From a virus (lineage: Duplodnaviria; Caudoviricetes): a DNA stretch of 64,000 bases. Location: IMG/VR virus record IMGVR_UViG_3300031992_000046, positions 1-64,000 of that record. The stretch is one strand, 5' to 3'. Position numbers and translations under genes: made by a program. Position 1 is the stretch's first letter. Each line of letters begins with the position of its first letter. Below, piece by piece: positions 27,703-37,524 of the stretch. The notes under the pieces were generated by a model. It was not told where the DNA came from. It was given only the letters and a program-made list of their open reading frames with translations, and searched no databases.

Positions 27703-28228
27703 TACCATTCTGACTACAGGCACGGGTGCGCCCTACGCTGACACGACGTATGTGGCGGTCGGTTCTACGGGCGCTGAAATTGAGGCGCTTTACACACGAA
27801 ATCCCGACGGATCTCTGGGAACTAAGTGGACACAGGTCGCCCAAGACCCGACGAGTAACCAGTTCGCTTACGCACCCAGCACACGACGTCTGACATTCGG
27901 TAACGGGATGAGTGCCGGCAGCGAGGTCGTCTGCTTCTACAAGAGACAGATTTCCGCCGACGTTCTCGAAAACAGAAGCGAGAATTACTCGGGTAAGGCC
28001 GCTTTGTACATTGACGCCCTTGCAGAAGATAACTGCTCGAATGTTTACCACGTTCAAATATATGTTCCGAAAGCCGACTTTTCGGGTGAGTTTTCGCTTG
28101 AGTTTGGCGATAGCCAGGCGGTTCACTCATTCGAAGCGGTCGCCCAGGCGGGCGCCTGTGGAAACGCAGACTTTCTGTGGACGTACACCGTTTTCGGCGA
28201 AGGCACTGAAGACGTCTCTAACGGATGA
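27410..28228 (+). CDS. Major tail protein, copy 2 (paralogue)
   Basis: N- and C-terminal parts nearly identical to copy 1; divergent middle. Confidence 0.75.
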   Translation: MIPDLVLTSIETISAFELAGAGGAYKWNLDELQNATLAQSQETQDVTGRQGRLLNTLKRNKSVTISATNGLVSGGLLETQTGGTFSTKTTQVLWTDYLTILTTGTGAPYADTTYVAVGSTGAEIEALYTRNPDGSLGTKWTQVAQDPTSNQFAYAPSTRRLTFGNGMSAGSEVVCFYKRQISADVLENRSENYSGKAALYIDALAEDNCSNVYHVQIYVPKADFSGEFSLEFGDSQAVHSFEAVAQAGACGNADFLWTYTVFGEGTEDVSNG

Positions 28229-28242
28229 CGAGGTAACCGTGT

Positions 28243-28518
28243 ATGAAAGGAACAAGAATTTGCAAGATTTGCGGTAAGGAGTATCCCTACTGCAAGACCC
28301 CTAATCCCAACAACGTTTTTCGGTATCAGGACGTGGCCTGCTGTCCCGAGCATGGCACCCAATATCTTCGAGAAGTGCTGATTGCGCGCGGGGAGCTCGT
28401 TGAGGGCGAACCGAAAAAGGCTTCGCCCAAAAAAGGCAAGAAGGCAAACCCTGAACCGGAACCCAAAGTTGTCGAAAGTCTCGAAGAAGAAGGCAAGGAA
28501 GATAAGGAGGGCGAATAA
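28243..28518 (+). CDS. Small Zn-finger protein
   Basis: CKICGKEYPYC...CCPEH; GAGG SD. Confidence 0.8.
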   Translation: MKGTRICKICGKEYPYCKTPNPNNVFRYQDVACCPEHGTQYLREVLIARGELVEGEPKKASPKKGKKANPEPEPKVVESLEEEGKEDKEGE

Positions 28519-28573
28519 TACCGCCCTCCCTTTGATAGCTCAATAGGCTGCATCGTAAGATGCAGCCTTCTTC
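28505..28573 (+). terminator. Two adjacent hairpins, probable terminator
   Basis: GGAGGGCG/CGCCCTCC plus TTT, then AGGCTGCATC/GATGCAGCCT. Confidence 0.55.
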
Positions 28574-28592
28574 TATCTCGCCCGGAGGACTT

Positions 28593-29039
28593 ATGAAATC
28601 AAAAACGATAACAATAATAATTGACCAGGATGTGGTCGATAAGTACACCAAATATTACTTTGAGAATCACCCAAAGGCGCACGTTCCTCCGATTAAGCAA
28701 CCGTATCACGAGAGTATCAACCAGTGGATGATTATGAAGCGAGCCGCGATGAACGGCTTGAAGCAGAAGTGGAAAAACTTCATCAAGTGGCTCGTCGCCG
28801 ACCAAGGTTATTCTGACCTGCGCATCGAAAGATGCGAGATAGAGCAGCGCATCTACTATCCTACTGCGCGGCGGCACGACATCGATAACAGCGTGCCGAA
28901 GTTCATTCTCGACGGGCTTGTCGAGAGCGGGATGATAGTGGATGACGACTGTCGACACATCTACCGACTGACACTGGAGTGTTATACGGAAGCCGAAACG
29001 CCGAGAACGGAGTTGCGGGTAAAAATAAATAAAGAATGA
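28593..29039 (+). CDS. RusA-like Holliday junction resolvase
   Basis: RRHDIDN..K..LDGL...G.IVDDD signature. Confidence 0.8.
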   Translation: MKSKTITIIIDQDVVDKYTKYYFENHPKAHVPPIKQPYHESINQWMIMKRAAMNGLKQKWKNFIKWLVADQGYSDLRIERCEIEQRIYYPTARRHDIDNSVPKFILDGLVESGMIVDDDCRHIYRLTLECYTEAETPRTELRVKINKE

Positions 29040-29053
29040 AAGGAAACATTAAA

Positions 29054-29677
29054 ATGGCAAAGAAAAGTACATCAAAGAGGATTTCTGTGAACGCGTTTGA
29101 GAAGGCGTGCGACACCATAGGCGATTACAAAGAAGAGCGAATTGTTAAATGGTGTGATTTGGAAATTAAAGTTTGTCCGACGCTGTCTATTGATTTGGTT
29201 GTTCAATATGTTACAGAAGTTGTCGCCGGCTGCTTCTTTGGAGAGAATGAAGAGTACCACCCCGAAGTGCGGGACTTTTTAAACTCGGCGGCCTTGTTAA
29301 CTTATTACGCGAATATCACGCTCCCTTCGAACATGATTAAGGCATATGAGTTGGTAACAGCCGCCGAGGATTTGGTCAAGTTGGTGGAAAGTGAAATTAA
29401 CCCGACTCAGTATGAGAGTATACAGAAAGCGATAGACAACCGCCTGAACAGTTATAACTCTATTGCAACTGCAATCGCCATTCGCCAACTCGAGACGGTT
29501 AGCGGCGCTGTGGAGGGACTTGAAGCTAAGTTTGCCGATATGTTTGGCGAAATTAGCGGCGGAGACCTATCTGCGGCAATTAAAGCCATTAGCGAAAATG
29601 GATTGAACGAAGAAGCGATTGTGAAGGCTGTTTTAGGGAACAGGCATGAAAGCAAGTATACGGATGACCTGAAATAG
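29054..29677 (+). CDS. Hypothetical protein, possible tail assembly chaperone
   Basis: AAAGGA SD; position upstream of the tape measure gene. Confidence 0.7.
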   Translation: MAKKSTSKRISVNAFEKACDTIGDYKEERIVKWCDLEIKVCPTLSIDLVVQYVTEVVAGCFFGENEEYHPEVRDFLNSAALLTYYANITLPSNMIKAYELVTAAEDLVKLVESEINPTQYESIQKAIDNRLNSYNSIATAIAIRQLETVSGAVEGLEAKFADMFGEISGGDLSAAIKAISENGLNEEAIVKAVLGNRHESKYTDDLK

Positions 29678-29754
29678 TGCACTCTCCACCTTGTGCTTTA
29701 AGATTTAAGCGGAGGGCATCAAAAAAAGTTGGCCTGTAAAGGATTGATAACACA

Positions 29755-30354
29755 ATGGCATTTAACGCGGACGATTATATAAATAAAATGAAGGAAAGGG
29801 CGCAGGAAATTGCCGATCAAGTTTTGGAATGTATGAACGAAGCCACGCAGCGTGCGAGTGATCGGTACATCGAATTAGTTGACGAAAGAATACAGGAGTG
29901 TTTTAGAGACGCCGTAGCCGCATTTTACGACAATTATCAACCCAAATATTACGACAGAAATGAAAGCCTTTACGACATTCTGGACACAGAACTAACCGGG
30001 GAGTCATACTGGATTAGTTTCCATCCGGAAAATATGACTCCTTACCGTACTGGTTACACGGGAGAAGATGGGCTTTACCAGACAGTATTCAAAGAGGGTT
30101 GGCACGGCGGCGCAGCTTATGGAGAAGATCACCCGAGCCCCGGTGTACCACACTGGCGCACCCCAGAAGGTATATATAGGTATTGGGGACGTAGGGCAGC
30201 AAAGGCTGCTGATTCTCCGTTTGATGATTTTAAATATAGATTGCAAGATTATGCCGATGGTCTGGCACATGAAGACTTTCAGCGAATCTGGAGTGAGGAG
30301 AAGAGGTTGCTCGAAAGAGAGATACAACAAAAATTTGGTGCACGTATCACATAG
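29755..30354 (+). CDS. Hypothetical tail-module protein
   Basis: AAAGGA SD; position. Confidence 0.7.
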   Translation: MAFNADDYINKMKERAQEIADQVLECMNEATQRASDRYIELVDERIQECFRDAVAAFYDNYQPKYYDRNESLYDILDTELTGESYWISFHPENMTPYRTGYTGEDGLYQTVFKEGWHGGAAYGEDHPSPGVPHWRTPEGIYRYWGRRAAKAADSPFDDFKYRLQDYADGLAHEDFQRIWSEEKRLLEREIQQKFGARIT

Positions 30355-30376
30355 ATAATAACGGAAAGGGGGTACT

Positions 30377-33300
30377 GTGTTTATGGGCAAGGGTGTTGAC
30401 GGTTTCGGCTTTGGTATACACAATGAAACCACCAACGAGGTTCACTTCAAAGTCGACGGCGAAGAAGAAATACGTCGACTAAATAGCGAATTAGACGCTG
30501 CCAATGAGCGTATTGCGAGATTAAATGACCAAATAGATGAGCTAAACGACGAGCTCGCCGAAACCAATTATGAGTTGGATAGAACCAAATCGCTTTCTGG
30601 GCTTGACGAAATGGAAACCAAATTGAACAAGTTTGAACAGACTGCAAGACAGACGGCAAGCGAGTTCAAAGCTTTCTTAACCATGGCCAATTTGAGTAAT
30701 GAAGATGGGCGGTTTAATGGGATTTTTGCCCAAATTGCAGATGGCAGTTTAACTGCGTCTCAAGCTATAACTAAAGTAAAAACGGAATGGAGTCACTTGA
30801 TAGACCTTAGTGGCGGCTCCAATGGCGGCGCACTTGACTCGGGGATGATTGCCTCATTTTCTGCAACCCTCGAGACGCTTTCTGCCACCGTATCCGAACT
30901 GTCAAGTCGTATGTCGGAGTTAGGGGCTGGCGGAGGCGGCGGGAGCGGCGGAGGCGGTAATCTGTCTGAAACTCTAACGCGGATTGCTATATCCGCGGAG
31001 AGTGCAGATGAAGAGACGCGTGGCGCTTACGAATCTATCGCCAAACTCGTAACCTCGTTAAATGATTTTGCGGGCATTGACGCGGGTGCCCTATCTGGGA
31101 TTTCGCAGGCGTTTAAAAATATTGCCGCAATAGGTCAGGGTAGTTTTGGCACAAAGTCTGTCAATAATATTGTCTACCTGATACAGCAACTGCAAGCGCT
31201 GAGCTCTAAAGGAGTAAGCACTATCCACTTTGATTTAAGTGGGTTTGAAAACTTAAATGTACGGAAGACGTCGCTTAACAATCTTGCGACGTATTTGCCG
31301 CAATTAGCGAAGATAAACGTAGGCGCTCTCGATAAGCTATCAAAGGTCGACTTAACTAACTTTAATAATATTAAGGTTAGTAAGGGGTCTATAGAAGCGA
31401 TAGCGAATCTGGCTGAATCATTACGTGAACTTAAGAACGTTCAGGGCGCTTCTGCTTCGAGTGATTCCGGTGGGATTACAGTTGGCGTTGCGAACGGTAT
31501 TAACGAAGTCGCAGATGCCACGATGCGCCTGAACAGCGAAACAAAGCGAACCGGAGAAACGTTCGAAGAAACGACAAAGAAGTATTCGACTGCAGACAAA
31601 GTTTATTCCCAAACAATTAAAACTCGGACTGACGCTCAAGATAAAGCCAGCAAAGAAATAATTAACACAACCAACTACGAACAAGAGCGAATAAACAAGG
31701 AAAAAGAGGCCGCAGCGGAGCAGAAACATATAAGCGAAGAAAGCGCTGCGTGGGCTTGGAAAGAGGCTCAAGAGAGGAAGGCTGCCTCCAAGGTCACAGC
31801 GTCGGGATATCGTGAGTTAGCAAACGAAAGAAAAGAGGCTACGCGAGAAGAAAGAGAAAATCTCAAGGCCGTCGCTGATATGGAGAGGGCGGAGGAGCAG
31901 GAGCAGAAACGCCTTGCCCAAGATCGAGCGAAGGGCGAGGCGGCGACACGTAAAGGCGCCGAAGCGTACCGTAATATTGCTCAGTCTCTTAATGAGTTCA
32001 CGCGGGCTCAGAACAGCAATAAGCCGGGCAGCCAAGAGGCGTATGCCACGCTCCAAAAGAATCAGGCTGCGCTTGATAAACTTGCTTCTCTGTATCAGCG
32101 CGGCAAGATAACCGGGGAGGGCTACGCACGCGCTGTTACCAACCTTAACGAACGCAACAAGGAATCAAATTTTATCCTTGAGCAAAACGGTGAGAATGTA
32201 AAGACATTCGGCGATAGGCTGTCCGAAACTGTTAAAAAGTTCTCTGCGTGGTTCAGTACGACGCGCATCATAATGGCGGCGTATCGCGCGGTCAAGCAAA
32301 TGATTCAGGCTTCAATCGAGCTTGATTCTGCGTTTACCCAGCTGCAAATCGTCACTAAGGCGTCTGACGAAACAATGGCGCATTTTGCGGATACTATTGG
32401 GGATTCCGCAAAGCGCATCGGTTCAAGCATTACCGATTTGACGAATAGTGCAACGGTTTTCGCACGTCTGGGCTATTCGTTGAATGAGTCGGCGAAACTC
32501 GCCGAGTATTCAACGATGTTGCAGAACGTCGCAAACATCGACTCGAGTGCGGCGTCGGATGCGATTACTGCTATCCTCAAGGCGTATAGTTCTGAGATCG
32601 ATATAGATAATATTGAATCCGTTATGGATAAACTGGTAGAAGTGGGTAACAACTACCCTATCAGCACGGCGCAGATTGCCGAAGGTATGAACAACGCTTC
32701 GTCAGCTCTTGCTGCTGCAAATAATTCGTTCGAAGAGTCGGTGGCGCTTTTAACAGCAGCCAATACGACAATCCAGAACGCCGCAAAAGCCTCAACAGGA
32801 ATCCGTACGATAACCGCCAGACTTCGTAACACTAAGGCAGACCTGGAAGAACTTGGCGAGGATATGACCACATCCAAGTACGAGGATTTAGTTAAGGCAC
32901 TTACTGACGCCAATGTCGCCCTACGCGATACAAACGGCGAATACAGAAGCACATACGATATCATGGTAGATATCGCCAAGCAGTGGGACAATATGACCGA
33001 CATGGAGCAATCAGCGTTGGTTACCGAGGTCGCCGGCGTGAGAATGCAGTCCGTGTTCTTGTCGATAGTTCAAAACATTCAAGAAGCAACCGGTGCGATG
33101 GATTCGATGTCAAACAGCGCCGGCGCACTAACCACCGCATACGATATCTATCTCGACTCAGCACAGGGTAAAATTAACCAGTTTAAAGCGACGTTCCAGG
33201 ATTTGGCACAGAATGTTGTGAAGAGCGACTGGATTGAAGATGTGGTCGAAGGGGCCCGTTGGTTAATCGAAGCACTTAACGGAATCCTTGGAGTCCTCAC

Positions 33301-36300
33301 TAAAATTATTGACGCTTTGGGCGGGCTTAAAGTTGTAATCCCTGTTATAACAGGCCTTATTGCTCGGGCCACAATTTTAAAATCTATTCGGACGGTTAGT
33401 TCTTCATTGTCGGGATTGCAGAAGATAATTTTACTCGGTACTATGGGTGTTAAAGACGCTTCTGCTGCCCTAACGGCTATGGGTGGGGACCTCACTATGG
33501 TAACCGCCGAAATGGATGCCGCCCAGTTGAAAACCATGGGGTTTAGCACGGCCATGGGCAACCTCGGGAAAGGTATCGCCGCTTGGTTTAAGTCGGGCGG
33601 CTGGGTTGCCTTGGTAATTGCGGCAATCGCCCTCATCTCTAAGTTTATAGACAGCATACAAGAAAAAGCAAAACGCGCTGCCGAAGAGGCTAAGGAAAAA
33701 TTTGTTACGGCAAAGTCCGAGCTTTCTGAGGCAACTGCTGAGTTTGAAGAGCTTACTAAAAAGGTTGCCGAGTATAAAGAGCGTATTAGCGAATTGGAAG
33801 AACTCGACAACCCGACATTCGTCGACGAGGAAGAGCTCGAGAAGTTGCGCGAAAGCGTCAGCCTGCTTGAAAGAGAAAAAGATCTTCAGGGAAAACGCAA
33901 GAATAGTGCAGAAGAAAACGTCCGATCGTCGTTCGTAAACAGTGCAGAGTCTTGGCTTAACACTAAAAGCGGCGATTTATTCGAGGCGCTCGGGATAGAA
34001 GCAGCGTGGGCTGGCGATATACCTAAAGCAATCGAACAGGATGGCAGTCGTTGGCGGAAATACAAGAGCAAAATTTCGGGGTTTGACTCTGCCGGCGAGT
34101 TCTGGAAAAGATTCTTCCTAAGAGCGGCAACATGGGGTATTTCTGACCAATTTATGACGGACACTACGTACGAGATATCCCCCCAACAAATAATCGACGA
34201 CGCGAAGGACGCTTTGGGCGATTTGCAAACAGCATACTCAGACGCCCTGAAGTCTGGTAACGCCGATGCCGCTAAAGCGGCGAAAGCGCAGCTCGAAGCC
34301 TACGAGAATTATCTTGGCGGGATGCTGGATGATATCGCAGAATTGACTAACGGCATAGAGTGGATACCCAATCCCACAACGGAAAATCAAAAAAATGCGA
34401 ACGAATACCTGCGCTTCTTGCGCAATGTCGAAGACTATTTCAATATTTTGCTTGACAAGACGGGGGGCGCCAAACTCGACGCTTTTAGCCGAATTATTGG
34501 TCAATATGGCGTAACCAATGAAGAGGATTTCTGGAGCGAATTTGAGTCGGGCTCGGATATCGCGCTCGCGATAACTGAGGATATGGAGGCTGTCGGATTA
34601 TCCGTCGATGATGTCCGCGCCCTATTCGATTTCCTGGCTCAAAGGGGAAAAGATGACTTAGAGACCGTAGATGGCGCGGTTAAATCGCTTAAAGGGTCTC
34701 TTGAAAAGCTCAGCGGCGCCACAAGCGGACTTAACACCCTCGATAAAATCTTCACCGATATTGCGAACGGCAATGGATTTGACTTTTCTTCTCTGGTGGA
34801 CTCCGGGTTCATTGAAACTTTCGGTCAATTCACCGATGAATTCAATCAATTTATCTGGACAGTATCGAACTCTCCCGACGACATAGACGCCTGTCGCAGT
34901 GCGTTTACCAACCTTACCAAAGCGTATTTAAGACAACTTGGCGTTACCGACGAGCTTAACGAAGACACACAGAAAACCATTGTCGGATTTTTAAATTCGA
35001 TGGGTGTTCAAGCAACGCTTATTGAGTCGCTCGAACGTGTCGCTATCGCGAAACACGATGTAATCTCCAAGAAAATAATCACTGATTCTGACGTTCAGAA
35101 TCTCATTAACGAAGCAAACGCTGCTGGGGCAACCGCTGCGTCTCTTGAAAGACTGCAAAAGGTTAAGACGCTTCTCGCCGACCCCAAGTATCAGGCGGTT
35201 GGTTCTCAGCAGTGGATGGCTGTGCAGAATTATGCAAAAACAATTCTTAACGAGCCGCTTGCATATGAAAAGCTAAAAATTGACGATTTCATTGGTGAAT
35301 ATACCGGCGGCAGCTCATACCAGTCATACCTTGATAGCGAGGCAAAAGCAGCCGAGAAGGCGGAAAGCGCTGCCGAGAAGTCTGCAGAGAAAGCCAAAAC
35401 ATGGTTTGATATTCAACTTGCCGAGCATAAGCATCGCGTTCAAATGGAACAAGAGACCGAGGCACAGTACCTCGCTTGGCTCGACAAAGCCTACAAGCGG
35501 GCGTACGCAGAGGGCATACACGATCTCGACGAATACCGCAAGTACGAAGAAGAGGTCTATGACGGCAGACAGAAACTTGCCGAAAACGCGCAAAGTGCTC
35601 TTGACAAGCTTGTAGACTATCGCAAGAAGATGCTCGAGCAAGAAGTCAGCGATCAGAAAGACGCGCTGAAGGAGCAGCTCGACGCTCTCAAAGATTTCTA
35701 CGATAAGCAAAAAGAGATGCTTCAGGATTCGTTCGACGAAGAGGACTACCTGAGGGATCAGGAGGAGAAGCGTAAGAGCGTCACTGATATTGAGTTGAAA
35801 CTCGCGCAGATTCGCGGCGATGATTCTGCCGCGGCTGCCAAGCGACGCGCCGAACTGAATCAACAGCTCAAAGAGGCCAAAGAGGAGCTGACCGATTTCG
35901 AGCGCGACCACGCGAGAGATGCGGCAACAAAACTGCTCGACGACGAGTATGCAAAGCAGGAAGAGGCGATTAACGCCAAAATCGACTCGCTCGATGAGAA
36001 GTATAAGAGCGCGAAAGAACTTTATGAAGAAGCGCTGCGCGATATCAAGAGCGGTTCCGTAAGTCTTTATCAAGAGATGATAGCCTGGAACGCCGAATAC
36101 GGAGACGGCATCGACGATACTATCACAAGCGCCTGGGAGAACGCGTATAAGGCACTGCAGGATTACAAGACGCTTTACGGCAGTATGTTCGGAGGGGCAA
36201 ACCTTGCGAACGCCACCGGGTATCGTTATCCCTCCGGCGGCGGCTATGCGAGCGGCACTTCGTGGGCTATTCCCGGACTGCGCGGCATAGACGAGGCGGG

Positions 36301-36619
36301 TTCGGAGACGATATTCGAATCTTCGAACGGGCGTAAGTACAAGATGTTCTCCGGCGGAGAAAAGGTACTAAACGCTCGAGCGAGCGACTTCCTTTACAGA
36401 TTTGCAAACGGCGGTTCGCAATTGCTGGAGAAATTTGTACAGAAAGTCACCGGTAAAGTGCCCGAGGGTATCGGCTCGAGGGTGCAGACAAACGCCATCG
36501 AGATGGGCGATATTATTATTCAGGGTAATGCAGACCGCGAGACTATTTCGCAGATCAGACGCGAACAGCGTAAGGCGGTCGACTTTATGCTCAAAGAAAT
36601 CAACAGTCTCAGTTATTGA
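30377..36619 (+). CDS. Tail tape measure protein (TP901-like core)
   Basis: 2080 aa helical; ELDSAFTQLQIVT..FARLGYS..DKLVEVGNNY core; C-terminal GYASGT. Confidence 0.93.
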   Translation: MFMGKGVDGFGFGIHNETTNEVHFKVDGEEEIRRLNSELDAANERIARLNDQIDELNDELAETNYELDRTKSLSGLDEMETKLNKFEQTARQTASEFKAFLTMANLSNEDGRFNGIFAQIADGSLTASQAITKVKTEWSHLIDLSGGSNGGALDSGMIASFSATLETLSATVSELSSRMSELGAGGGGGSGGGGNLSETLTRIAISAESADEETRGAYESIAKLVTSLNDFAGIDAGALSGISQAFKNIAAIGQGSFGTKSVNNIVYLIQQLQALSSKGVSTIHFDLSGFENLNVRKTSLNNLATYLPQLAKINVGALDKLSKVDLTNFNNIKVSKGSIEAIANLAESLRELKNVQGASASSDSGGITVGVANGINEVADATMRLNSETKRTGETFEETTKKYSTADKVYSQTIKTRTDAQDKASKEIINTTNYEQERINKEKEAAAEQKHISEESAAWAWKEAQERKAASKVTASGYRELANERKEATREERENLKAVADMERAEEQEQKRLAQDRAKGEAATRKGAEAYRNIAQSLNEFTRAQNSNKPGSQEAYATLQKNQAALDKLASLYQRGKITGEGYARAVTNLNERNKESNFILEQNGENVKTFGDRLSETVKKFSAWFSTTRIIMAAYRAVKQMIQASIELDSAFTQLQIVTKASDETMAHFADTIGDSAKRIGSSITDLTNSATVFARLGYSLNESAKLAEYSTMLQNVANIDSSAASDAITAILKAYSSEIDIDNIESVMDKLVEVGNNYPISTAQIAEGMNNASSALAAANNSFEESVALLTAANTTIQNAAKASTGIRTITARLRNTKADLEELGEDMTTSKYEDLVKALTDANVALRDTNGEYRSTYDIMVDIAKQWDNMTDMEQSALVTEVAGVRMQSVFLSIVQNIQEATGAMDSMSNSAGALTTAYDIYLDSAQGKINQFKATFQDLAQNVVKSDWIEDVVEGARWLIEALNGILGVLTKIIDALGGLKVVIPVITGLIARATILKSIRTVSSSLSGLQKIILLGTMGVKDASAALTAMGGDLTMVTAEMDAAQLKTMGFSTAMGNLGKGIAAWFKSGGWVALVIAAIALISKFIDSIQEKAKRAAEEAKEKFVTAKSELSEATAEFEELTKKVAEYKERISELEELDNPTFVDEEELEKLRESVSLLEREKDLQGKRKNSAEENVRSSFVNSAESWLNTKSGDLFEALGIEAAWAGDIPKAIEQDGSRWRKYKSKISGFDSAGEFWKRFFLRAATWGISDQFMTDTTYEISPQQIIDDAKDALGDLQTAYSDALKSGNADAAKAAKAQLEAYENYLGGMLDDIAELTNGIEWIPNPTTENQKNANEYLRFLRNVEDYFNILLDKTGGAKLDAFSRIIGQYGVTNEEDFWSEFESGSDIALAITEDMEAVGLSVDDVRALFDFLAQRGKDDLETVDGAVKSLKGSLEKLSGATSGLNTLDKIFTDIANGNGFDFSSLVDSGFIETFGQFTDEFNQFIWTVSNSPDDIDACRSAFTNLTKAYLRQLGVTDELNEDTQKTIVGFLNSMGVQATLIESLERVAIAKHDVISKKIITDSDVQNLINEANAAGATAASLERLQKVKTLLADPKYQAVGSQQWMAVQNYAKTILNEPLAYEKLKIDDFIGEYTGGSSYQSYLDSEAKAAEKAESAAEKSAEKAKTWFDIQLAEHKHRVQMEQETEAQYLAWLDKAYKRAYAEGIHDLDEYRKYEEEVYDGRQKLAENAQSALDKLVDYRKKMLEQEVSDQKDALKEQLDALKDFYDKQKEMLQDSFDEEDYLRDQEEKRKSVTDIELKLAQIRGDDSAAAAKRRAELNQQLKEAKEELTDFERDHARDAATKLLDDEYAKQEEAINAKIDSLDEKYKSAKELYEEALRDIKSGSVSLYQEMIAWNAEYGDGIDDTITSAWENAYKALQDYKTLYGSMFGGANLANATGYRYPSGGGYASGTSWAIPGLRGIDEAGSETIFESSNGRKYKMFSGGEKVLNARASDFLYRFANGGSQLLEKFVQKVTGKVPEGIGSRVQTNAIEMGDIIIQGNADRETISQIRREQRKAVDFMLKEINSLSY

Positions 36620-36675
36620 GTTATGGGCGGCGTGAGTAACGCCGCCCGCTCAAATATAAAGAAAGGAGGGGCGTA

Positions 36676-37524
36676 TTGGCAGAATTTTACGGGTCGCACT
36701 TTGAATATGGCGGCCAGAGCTCACGAAAGTACGGGCTGATTATCGCGATTGTCGACGCGGAGGAAAACCGGTCGATTGCGTCCGAGATGTCCGGCAAACT
36801 TATCTACAATAAAAAGAACACCCGTCACTACATTGTCAGCAACGATTACTCAAGCCCGACGTCCTTCGACGTAAACATAGTTACCGACGACGAGTGTATA
36901 CTCCCGCCGGAACGCAGAAGAGAGATAGAACGCTGGCTCTTTAACAGAGCAAACTATCGGAAGTTCTACCTCGATATGATGGATGACAAGTACGACGAGA
37001 CCGGAGAAATAATCGACGGAGAACTCAAGCGTTTATATCTCAACTGCCGTTTTCTTAACGCCGAGAGATTATATTTTAACGGCGGCGTTGTGGGTTATAA
37101 AGCAACATTAGAAGCAGATAGCCCGATGTGGTGGCAGGATGAGGTTACCAAAACATATACATTCAGCACAAACACCCCTGTCACCTTGACTATCAACGTT
37201 GATACAGACATCGATGATTATACATATCCCGTTGTGCAGTTTACCACGGTTGCCAACGGCGGCGGTTTTTTATGGACTAACTATACGGACGATATGAGTA
37301 GACTTACACGTTTTCCACCACCGTCTGTGGCGAATCCGGAACAAGGGCTCCCCGGAGGTGCAGTTATAACGTTAGACAGCGCAAATAATTATGTCAACGG
37401 TCAATACTATCTGAAAATGTCCGCCCGTAATTTCCCGAGGCTGCTGAACGGGGAAAACGAGGTCGTAGTTACGGCCGATATAACCTCTTTGTCGGTGACG
37501 TTTGCCAATAGGAGGTTCTGGTAA
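36676..37524 (+). CDS. Distal tail protein (Dit)
   Basis: FEYGGQSSRKYGL start and FPRLLNGENE end; follows the TMP. Confidence 0.8.
   Translation: MAEFYGSHFEYGGQSSRKYGLIIAIVDAEENRSIASEMSGKLIYNKKNTRHYIVSNDYSSPTSFDVNIVTDDECILPPERRREIERWLFNRANYRKFYLDMMDDKYDETGEIIDGELKRLYLNCRFLNAERLYFNGGVVGYKATLEADSPMWWQDEVTKTYTFSTNTPVTLTINVDTDIDDYTYPVVQFTTVANGGGFLWTNYTDDMSRLTRFPPPSVANPEQGLPGGAVITLDSANNYVNGQYYLKMSARNFPRLLNGENEVVVTADITSLSVTFANRRFW

Noticed and set aside
29054-30354. Programmed frameshift between tail chaperone genes
   Set aside because: No convincing slippery heptamer near the first stop; the second gene has its own SD after a 77-nt gap.
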